Source: Patescibacteria group bacterium (lineage in GTDB: Bacteria; Patescibacteriota; Minisyncoccia; Phycocordibacterales; PALSA-1337). Taken from it: DNA of 64,000 nucleotides. Shown here piece by piece: positions 57,320 through 64,000 of this stretch. The stretch lies in assembly GCA_018971685.1 (NCBI GenBank), contig JAGXAG010000004.1, positions 2,416 through 66,415 on the forward strand, written 5' to 3'. Positions within the stretch are counted from its first letter, which is position 1. Each line of letters opens with the position of its first letter. The notes below the pieces were generated by a model. That model saw only the letters and a program-made list of their open reading frames with translations, was not told where the DNA came from and did not search any database. The translations under genes and the position numbers were made by a program.

Positions 57320-58633
57320 TCAAGGAACCTTGACCTCTTCCTTGAGAAGCCGCCGGACTTCAGCAACAGGATCGGCTGCACCGAGGACTTGCCTGCCCAT
57401 GACAAGAAACGAAGCGCCCGCCTCGAGAGCACCCTGTGGTGTTCCGATTCGCTCCTGGTCCCCTTTGTCGGCACCTGGCGAACGGACTCCCGGGATAACC
57501 AACTCGAATTTAGGATAATCGGCCTTGAGAGCCGCCGCTTCTTGGGGCGAACAGACGAGACCGTGGGCACCAGCGCGATTGGCGATAGCGGCGAGTTTCT
57601 TCACCTGATCCAGGGGCAGCCGGCTATAGACTTCCTCGCAGTTGGCTTGATCCATCGAGGTCAGAACCGTCACCGCAAGAACCTTGGTCGGCGTCCCTTC
57701 AAAGGCTTTAACCACGGCCTTGATCATCGCTTCCCCGCCGGAGGCATGGACCGTCACAGCCCAGGGCGGATTGATGGCGAAACGCTTGGCGATATTCTCC
57801 AGGGTATTCGGAATGTCATGGCCTTTGAGGTCAACCATGACGCGTCCATAGACCTGCAAATCCGGCACCAGGTTGCGATAGCCTTCCCAGAAGAACAGGT
57901 CGTTCACCTTGAGAATACAACCAGTGGTGCGAAGCTGGTCGATGAGAGGCAACACATCCGACCAGCTCTTGCCGTCAAGAGCAACGATGATCGGATTCTT
58001 GGCTTCGACGTCCTTTTTGCAGCGTTCCATGATGCCGTGGCCGATGAGATACCGGCGAACATCGTGGAGCGTCATGCCGGACCAGACTTCGAGGTCGAGC
58101 TTCTCGTCGGAGAACTTTTTCCGCCATCCCTGCTGCCGGTCAACGAGGACGATGAGCGGACCGAGGTCCACTTCGGCCGAGAGGCACGTCCGAGCCGGGA
58201 TAATCTTCGAAGCGCCGTCTGTAACGACATCATCGATGATGACGAACGGCTCCTCACGGACCAGGCGGCCGATAGTGTTCGCTTTCGAGACGCGGCCTTC
58301 CTTGGCCTGTTCGCGAATTGTCGTGTAAGGCAGGCCCGTTTTGAGCGACAGCGGTCCCGCGAAACAGGAAACCGCATCAGGAACCTCGCCGAACCGTTTG
58401 ACCTTGAGGCGCAGAAGCGGAATCGTGTAGAGGTCCGCCAAGAGCTCAATAGCGTTCGGATCGTTGCGAGCATTACGGAGATTCATGTAGATATCCGTTG
58501 TGCCGCCACTCTTCAGGGGAAGACTGCGGTTATTGTCGTGCTTCACCAGTTCGGCATCGGATTCAACCAACTCCTTGATGACTTCTTCCTGCTCCCACGG
58601 AGCAAGCCAGTGTGAATTTCCAACTTTTTTCAT
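57320..58633 (-). CDS. bifunctional orotate phosphoribosyltransferase / orotidine-5'-phosphate decarboxylase (PyrE-PyrF fusion, UMP-synthase-like)
   Basis: N-terminal half has the PRTase signature VIIDDVVTDGASK and LKSGGTTDIYMN. C-terminal half has IIVALDGKSW (ODCase D-x-K), ILKVNDLFF, VMVDLKGHDIPNT, and VIPGVRSPGADKGDQ…GASFLVMGRQV. Confidence 0.8.
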   Translation of the reverse strand: MKKVGNSHWLAPWEQEEVIKELVESDAELVKHDNNRSLPLKSGGTTDIYMNLRNARNDPNAIELLADLYTIPLLRLKVKRFGEVPDAVSCFAGPLSLKTGLPYTTIREQAKEGRVSKANTIGRLVREEPFVIIDDVVTDGASKIIPARTCLSAEVDLGPLIVLVDRQQGWRKKFSDEKLDLEVWSGMTLHDVRRYLIGHGIMERCKKDVEAKNPIIVALDGKSWSDVLPLIDQLRTTGCILKVNDLFFWEGYRNLVPDLQVYGRVMVDLKGHDIPNTLENIAKRFAINPPWAVTVHASGGEAMIKAVVKAFEGTPTKVLAVTVLTSMDQANCEEVYSRLPLDQVKKLAAIANRAGAHGLVCSPQEAAALKADYPKFELVIPGVRSPGADKGDQERIGTPQGALEAGASFLVMGRQVLGAADPVAEVRRLLKEEVKVP

Positions 58634-58782
58634 AGCTTTTATTCCAGTTTTCCGTCATTTTGTTTTCAAACCTATCTGCCACCAGATTACAAGCATTTTG
58701 ACCAAAGTCAATGTTTTTGAAAATGACAACAAAAAAAGACTCGCACACCGAAGCATGCGAGCCGTTTGTAAGTAATTCTGAA

Positions 58783-59958
58783 TTAACCAACGAGTTTCCA
58801 CGGGAGCTCTGTGCCTCCCTTGAAAACCTGAACGGCTCCAACCTTGACTGGAACCTTGAGGGGCGTTCGCTCGATTGTCATCTGCTCCGAACTCACCCTC
58901 ATGCCATACGTGCCAAGGAAGTTTTCGGAAAGAAACGCGCCGAGATGTTCCAGGGCATTATCTTCATCAAAGGCTGTCGTGTACATCTCGACGGCTGTAG
59001 GTGCGGTGAAGATTCCTGCCGCGCAACCGTAGCAACGAGACTTCATCTGCTCATCGTGCGGTGCAGAATCAGTACCAGCACCAAAGCGCCGGTGCCCTCC
59101 AGTCACGTATTTGCGAACCCGCTGCCGATGCGATTCACGCTTCGGCACCGGTTTGCAGTAGTGACCGGCATTCATGCCGCCCCAAAACATGGCGTTACGG
59201 TTGATCATCAGGTGATGGGCAGTCACTGTCGCGAATAGCGTGGCATGCTCATCGCAACAGCCATACCCCGCTACAAAGTCCGCCGCACGACCATCAGTCA
59301 GGTGTTCGAAGACCACCGGCAGTCCCGGGAAGGACTTGAGGATGGGCTTGAGGTCGCGGTCAACGGAGACAATCTCTCGATCGAACTCGTCGACGTCTTC
59401 CTCGACCGCTTCGAAGTGTCCAAGGAGTGGGATTTTGTGTTTCTCCATCGCTTCGAACACTGGATAGCGACCAAGAAGATCTTTCACGCCATGCGCCGAG
59501 CCGGTAGTCCCGCCCTGACCTTTTTGATTGGCCATGTAGAGCTTTACTGCTCGCCAGACGCCTTCCTGAAATCCCCGCACGACTTCGTCAGGACTGGTAC
59601 TGTCGGTCAGGTAACACGTCATGCAGGGCTCAAACCGAGAGTAATATCCGGGAGTGCCTTCAGCGTGAGCTTGATACACCACCGTTATACGTTCTCTGTA
59701 GGCCTTCGCTTTCTCGATCGAAGAGATCGGGTCTGCGAGGTTAGGCATGATGATCGCTCCAGTAGCACGCTGTTTGAGTGTACACGGAAGGACTGTTTTC
59801 ATCATCTCACTGTCTCGGATGTGAAGGTGGCGATCAAACCACCGAGGGATTGTAATTCTATTCAGCATTTTGTTCCTTTCTATCGGTGAGGGACTCGTCA
59901 AGAATCGTGGTGATAGTGGCCGTGCATAGATCCTTGTCATCCTTGACATAATGATCAA
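58783..59958 (-). CDS. pyrC: dihydroorotase (class II, E. coli PyrC-like)
   Basis: ITIPRWFDRHLHIRDSEMMKTVLPCTLKQRATGAIIMPNLADPISSIEKAKAYRERI aligns almost residue by residue with E. coli PyrC ([20 protein letters not shown]…[24 protein letters not shown]). Also …GTDSAPH… Likely start MLNRITIP (about 59868). Confidence 0.85.
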   Translation of the reverse strand: MIIMSRMTRIYARPLSPRFLTSPSPIERNKMLNRITIPRWFDRHLHIRDSEMMKTVLPCTLKQRATGAIIMPNLADPISSIEKAKAYRERITVVYQAHAEGTPGYYSRFEPCMTCYLTDSTSPDEVVRGFQEGVWRAVKLYMANQKGQGGTTGSAHGVKDLLGRYPVFEAMEKHKIPLLGHFEAVEEDVDEFDREIVSVDRDLKPILKSFPGLPVVFEHLTDGRAADFVAGYGCCDEHATLFATVTAHHLMINRNAMFWGGMNAGHYCKPVPKRESHRQRVRKYVTGGHRRFGAGTDSAPHDEQMKSRCYGCAAGIFTAPTAVEMYTTAFDEDNALEHLGAFLSENFLGTYGMRVSSEQMTIERTPLKVPVKVGAVQVFKGGTELPWKLVG

Positions 59959-60124
59959 GCCGATGCCGGTTCATCTTTTCAGAGTAACGATCCTCCGTTT
60001 CCCACTCATCTGTACTGGTTACTTTGTTTATAGCCTGCCAGATTTTTTCGGCAAGTTGCCGATAGTCCGTCTTTGTCACAGTTTGCATATTCCTTCCTTT
60101 CTGACGAATGATGTTGGCGCCCAT
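59858..60124 (-). CDS. hypothetical small acidic protein between pyrD and pyrC
   Basis: 88-aa ORF in an operon-internal position. No motif. Confidence 0.3.
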   Translation of the reverse strand: MGANIIRQKGRNMQTVTKTDYRQLAEKIWQAINKVTSTDEWETEDRYSEKMNRHRLDHYVKDDKDLCTATITTILDESLTDRKEQNAE

Positions 60125-60954
60125 GGAGTTCTCAAATGAATCGCGCCGAAGCTCACGGCTTTCGCTCCAAGCCTGCGTACACGATCCATGTCTTCAAATT
60201 CCATGACGCTTGGACCGATCACCGGGAGCGGTCCTTGTTTGGCAAGAGCTTCGACCGCCGCCCAGTTGTGTTTCTGTGCCGGTTTGCCAGACACTCCACC
60301 GCCCCCGCCGCCGACTCGTTGCTCGAGCTTCCACAAAGGTGTCCGCTCGCCGTTGATGAAGACCGTCTTCCACGGCACACTGTTCAAAGATATCGCTTCA
60401 GCAACACCTTCGAGGCCGTGCGCTATAGACAAGTAGTCTTGATCTACTGAAACTTTGACAATAACTGGGTGACGCGAAACGCGTTTGACCGCTTTTACGC
60501 TATTCACCACGGCCTCAGCCGTCTGCATCGCATGACCGGTGTTCGGACACGAAGGGTTGACCTCCATACCGACCAGATCAAAGCGATTGAGCTTCTCGGT
60601 CATTTCCACCAACTCCTTCTCTTCGCCGAAGATCGATCCGACGAGAGGAATCTTGTGGAAGTCGAGTGTCGGACCGATGTCCCTGCACCACCATTCGACA
60701 CCCGGGTTGGTCAGACCGACTTTATTGACCGAACCACCGGGAATGAGGCGTACGCAGGTCCACGGTTTCCACATCCGCAGATTGCCCGGACGCGGATTGC
60801 GCGTCAGGGTCTTGATGACAACAGTAAAGAGTTTAGGTTTGATAAGCCCGAACCAGACTAACGGCCGTTCCCACGGCCACCCCTTGCCATCGAAGGCAAG
60901 CGAACCGCTGGCGACCATGTATTTGAAAGCATGGCCGTTTGAAAGAGTGATCAT
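60076..60954 (-). CDS. pyrD: dihydroorotate dehydrogenase (class 1-like, Cys in active-site loop)
   Basis: NKVGLTNPG, EVNPSCPNT (catalytic Cys, as in class 1A), and GGGGGVSGKP (FMN phosphate-binding). Confidence 0.8.
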   Translation of the reverse strand: MITLSNGHAFKYMVASGSLAFDGKGWPWERPLVWFGLIKPKLFTVVIKTLTRNPRPGNLRMWKPWTCVRLIPGGSVNKVGLTNPGVEWWCRDIGPTLDFHKIPLVGSIFGEEKELVEMTEKLNRFDLVGMEVNPSCPNTGHAMQTAEAVVNSVKAVKRVSRHPVIVKVSVDQDYLSIAHGLEGVAEAISLNSVPWKTVFINGERTPLWKLEQRVGGGGGGVSGKPAQKHNWAAVEALAKQGPLPVIGPSVMEFEDMDRVRRLGAKAVSFGAIHLRTPWAPTSFVRKEGICKL

Positions 60955-61265
60955 AAAAATCCTCCGTTTGTTGGTTTATTTCAACGTCCAATTACACACT
61001 TAAAGCTGTGTGACGAGCTTATCGATAACATCGACTCTGTGGCCCACACTAACCGAAAAGACCTCCAAAATCAACGTTCCGCCGCCAATCTCCGAAAATA
61101 GCGCCCCCTTCTTGCCACCTGTTCGCCCCAAGGTGCCCTTTTCTGCCCCAAGTAAGGCATTTCCACGACTTTGACCCTAATCAGAGCCGTGTCGCGAGAT
61201 TTCGAACAATTCAATCACGACCACAAATTGACTTCAAAAACGCGCTGGCGTATGTTCGTCCGTGC

Positions 61266-61625
61266 ATGAAAAATCGATTCATAAAAGCGAATCCGAAAGA
61301 CATCGAGCATTCGAGCTTCGCCGGCTACCTGCAAGCTTCATACAAAGACCTCGTCGCTTGCTTCGGCGAACCGAATGACCGGACCAAAGACGGTCCGTGG
61401 CAATCTTATGATTGGAAGGTCCGCGCCGAATGGACATGGAAGAGCACGGCTCGGAGAGATCGGGCCGTCATAACCATCTACGATTACAAGGAAACCCAGC
61501 CTGTCGATGAGGTAACGCTGTGGCATGTCGGACTGAAGGGATCAGCAAAGCGGCTCAGGGAGTTTATGACCAAGAACAGAGCCAACCTGATCCGTCTGCC
61601 AAAAAGTTTAGTGAATTTAGGTTAG
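61266..61625 (+). CDS. hypothetical protein
   Basis: 119 aa, no motif. Confidence 0.3.
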   Translation: MKNRFIKANPKDIEHSSFAGYLQASYKDLVACFGEPNDRTKDGPWQSYDWKVRAEWTWKSTARRDRAVITIYDYKETQPVDEVTLWHVGLKGSAKRLREFMTKNRANLIRLPKSLVNLG

Positions 61626-61668
61626 TTTGAAGCAAAATTCACTAAAAAATAGCAAAAAGACGTGAAAA

Positions 61669-62187
61669 TTACTTTCTCTTTGGTCTTTCCCCTTTTATCA
61701 GTCTATCGAACGCCTCGAGATTACCCATAGCATCATGGACCGGATTGTGATCATGCTTCGTGATACGCAAATGCTTCCAGGACGACGAGTCCATGAAATC
61801 GCCAATGAGACCAGCATAGAAATCGCCGATTCTCCTTGCGGAATATCCGAACGGATTCCGGCCGAGAGTCCTCCAGAAGCTATCATTGATCCACTGCCAA
61901 TCAAACGCCGGATTATCACTGACGAATTTCGGCCGCTCTTCTCCGCACACCTCAAACAGCCACTTCTCGAATTTCTCGAACACTTCCTTTTCATTAAATA
62001 CTTTTCCGGTATAGACACGAGTAGTCGGATTCTCGGCCGACCTATGACCTTCGATAATAACACCGTGGAATGTCGCCCGCGACGGGTACGCGGCCACGCC
62101 AAATTCGGTGAGCTTCCCCAAGCTCGGACATTTGCCATTGGCTTCGCAGTCGATGAAGATTAGGTTTTTGATGTCGGAATTGTTCAT
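61669..62187 (-). CDS. DEDDh 3'-5' exonuclease (DnaQ/RNase T-like)
   Basis: Exo I IFIDCEANG (D-x-E). Exo III HNPVHDAMGN (H-x4-D-A). Confidence 0.6.
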   Translation of the reverse strand: MNNSDIKNLIFIDCEANGKCPSLGKLTEFGVAAYPSRATFHGVIIEGHRSAENPTTRVYTGKVFNEKEVFEKFEKWLFEVCGEERPKFVSDNPAFDWQWINDSFWRTLGRNPFGYSARRIGDFYAGLIGDFMDSSSWKHLRITKHDHNPVHDAMGNLEAFDRLIKGERPKRK

Positions 62188-62276
62188 ATTGATACAGTCT
62201 AGCTAAAATAATATTCTTTAGAAACAAAACTGCCCTCCTTCCTGGGCAGCATTGTTGCGTTGTATTCAGGACTGCA

Positions 62277-62615
62277 TTACCAAGGTAGATTCACTGCCAT
62301 TGGAACTGCATTCGGAAACGCATCGCCTATTAGCGGACGTAGAGTATTTGCAAGGTAACGCTCTACCCCATTACGGTATGTTGCTAGAACTGGAGCCCAG
62401 GTCACGTACAGATTGTTATATCTTGTGATTGCCGGGTCATTTCTATGGGCTGAGAGACGATCTTTAATGATGCCTTGTCCTACTCTGACGACTTGTCCGT
62501 TGGCCTGCCAGATAATGTAGACTCCTTCCATGCTGTCGAAATGGGAATGTCCCAAATCTACCCATAAAAGTGAACCCCATACATTACCAAGACATTTCTG
62601 CCAGGAAAGTTGCAT
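62277..62615 (-). CDS. GIY-YIG domain protein (short)
   Basis: GVYIIWQANGQVVRVGQGIIKDRLSAHRN matches the GIY-x10-YIG…R…H pattern. Confidence 0.45.
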   Translation of the reverse strand: MQLSWQKCLGNVWGSLLWVDLGHSHFDSMEGVYIIWQANGQVVRVGQGIIKDRLSAHRNDPAITRYNNLYVTWAPVLATYRNGVERYLANTLRPLIGDAFPNAVPMAVNLPW

Positions 62616-62698
62616 GACTATGTGATACCAGAGTAATAACTATTTACTTTTTGGTGTCGCCGTAGCCGGAGAGTCTATTTTTTATTCGCGTAATTACA

Positions 62699-62953
62699 AT
62701 GAGTATGAAAACAATCCACGAGACCGACTTCTATCGCACCTCCGACCTCGCTTGCGCGGCGGCTATTTCCCTGTTCGTGCGGCTCGATAACATCGACAAA
62801 ACCGACAGACGCCGGGCATTTTTCATATTCGAACGTAATAGCGAATTGGATGGACTGCTTGAGTCATTCTGGAAAGGCACGCTCACGGTCGAGCCGCGTG
62901 CTTATTTTGATCAGATCAAGGCGCTGAAGACACGACTGTACGAAATCGACTAG
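62699..62953 (+). CDS. DUF5659-like small protein
   Basis: …FYRTSDLACAAAISLFVRLDNIDKTDRRRAFFIFERNSELDGLLESFWKGTL… follows the DUF5659 pattern (T.DL.LAA.L…G..L…….R..F.FE.S.EL…..YW.G) as recalled. Not verified. Confidence 0.45.
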   Translation: MSMKTIHETDFYRTSDLACAAAISLFVRLDNIDKTDRRRAFFIFERNSELDGLLESFWKGTLTVEPRAYFDQIKALKTRLYEID

Positions 62954-63063
62954 CATGGCCAAGAAATCTACCAAGCCAAATACGGTCCCCGCACCATCGT
63001 CTAAAGAAGAGCGGATCTTTATCGATCGCTTGGTGGAGATTTTGATCATGCAGGTCGAGGCTA

Positions 63064-63615
63064 ATGAAAATAACAATGAACATCAACGGGTACTTGAAAC
63101 TGTATAGATATGACTTCCTCATGAGGCTGAAAGGCCTCACTGATCAGGAAATGCGCCTGTATCTGACGCTTGTTGCGCTGACCAAATGGGATCGCAAAAA
63201 CAAGGAAACATTCGGCTTGGTACACATATCAGTCAGGAAATTGAAAGAGAAATATCTGAAAAAGTGGTCAATCGGCAAAATCGGCACGATCAGGAAATCC
63301 CTGGTTACTAAGGAATTTTTGACACCAGCCGAAGGAGGTGGATATCTTGTTGAAAACTACTGGATCTATCAGGCAACCATGCCGCGGGCTGAACTGGCTT
63401 TTCAGTGTATCGAACAAGGAATTCAACCCACCGAACAGAATGTTCGGGAGATTGAACAGCGCCCAATTCTGGCATTGGAGGCGGGCAAGCAAAATCTGTT
63501 GCAAAGATTCACCAATACGTTTCCGCCTGTTCAGCCCACTGAACAGAATCGTGAGGCAGAGAATGAAAAGAAAGAAAAAGAAGATAAGAGAATCGAACCG
63601 TCCCAATCCATATAG
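63064..63615 (+). CDS. phage replisome-organizer-like (N-terminal wHTH) protein with QPTEQN repeats
   Basis: GYLKLYRYDFLMRLKGLTDQEMRLYLTLVALTKWDRKNKETFG resembles the Phage_rep_org_N pattern (W.KLY…L…A….NG). Two QPTEQN(V)RE repeats near the C-terminus. Confidence 0.4.
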   Translation: MKITMNINGYLKLYRYDFLMRLKGLTDQEMRLYLTLVALTKWDRKNKETFGLVHISVRKLKEKYLKKWSIGKIGTIRKSLVTKEFLTPAEGGGYLVENYWIYQATMPRAELAFQCIEQGIQPTEQNVREIEQRPILALEAGKQNLLQRFTNTFPPVQPTEQNREAENEKKEKEDKRIEPSQSI

Positions 63616-63761
63616 GATCGAATGAAGGCGAACCGGACGGAAAATCGCAACCCATCGCAATCCACATAACCGTACATCACCACCAACACATCTCAAAATA
63701 GCAGACCATCACAGTCCAGATAGATGGACAAAGATGACCAAAAACCCCCAAATCGCAATCC

Positions 63762-64000
63762 ATGAAATATTCGCCAGAACAGATAAAAATTTTTGAAGAC
63801 ACCATTTACGACATCGTATGTCGTGACCCTGGAGTAAGCACGCGATCGCTGTGCTACGAGCTTGAACAACAGCATATAAAGCTCAGCCGAGCCTATGCGA
63901 CCAAGCTTATGTGGCAGGCATGCAGGAAGCTCACAGATAAGAAAAAAGAGGCTACGGAACGACGAGTTGAATTTGAAGCCTGGAGAGAAAAGCTTAGAGA
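63762..64000 (+). CDS. partial ORF running off the window end (HTH-like: MKYSPEQIKIFEDTIYDIVCRDPGVSTRSLCYELEQ…)
   Basis: Open frame with no stop before the window end. Confidence 0.25.
   Translation, partial: MKYSPEQIKIFEDTIYDIVCRDPGVSTRSLCYELEQQHIKLSRAYATKLMWQACRKLTDKKKEATERRVEFEAWREKLR

Noticed and set aside
60955-61265. Possible tRNA or att site at the right boundary of the pyr island (gtcgcgagatttcgaac)
   Set aside because: The TTCGAA-like motif lacks a complementary T-stem or acceptor stem. No cloverleaf could be built by eye, and no integrase is adjacent.

Overview
This 64 kb window comes from a bacterial chromosome of roughly 47% GC. The gene content suggests a small-genome, possibly CPR/Patescibacteria-like lineage; this is an inference from gene content, not a database hit.

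The minus strand carries a 23S-5S rRNA pair at about 5.66-9.08 kb with no 16S next to it. An rRNA promoter and boxA-like leader can be read just upstream, around 9.28-9.41 kb.

Most of the window is core machinery:
- ribosomal and translation genes: rplJ-rplL, rpsF-ssb-rpsR, secE-nusG-rplK, efp, metG-tatD, glyQS, ileS-recO and glyA;
- recA and ftsK;
- FtsW/RodA and a sugar transferase;
- a dTMP module: tmk, thyA, dut, dcd and a DHFR-like gene.

Accessory content:
- two very large secreted S/T-rich proteins with peptidoglycan-binding domains;
- a 982-aa secreted beta-helix/lipase-like protein;
- two tandem MazF/PemK-like toxin genes with no antitoxin ORF;
- a VKOR/DsbA disulfide pair;
- a GC-richer island at about 53.1-61.0 kb carrying pyrD, pyrC and a fused pyrE-pyrF (UMP-synthase-like), plus an isochorismatase-like hydrolase, a SAM methyltransferase and an SGNH hydrolase, next to a zone of gene fragments;
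- a phage/mobile-like cluster at the right end (DEDDh exonuclease, GIY-YIG, DUF5659, replisome-organizer-like).

The most unusual observations are listed in the findings:
1. IleRS carries an in-frame ~200-aa histidine-phosphatase (RHG, PGAM-like) domain inside its zinc-knuckle loop.
2. A four-copy promoter module with an identical spacer drives the toxins, the lipase-like exoprotein and the rpsF operon.
3. A related family of palindromes sits at gene ends.
4. A 173-nt near-perfect palindrome encodes the last three codons of both flanking convergent genes.
5. A 33-bp perfect inverted repeat lies at 20.9 kb.
6. Leaderless or near-leaderless transcription appears widespread.

No CRISPR array, integrase or confidently identifiable tRNA was found by eye.
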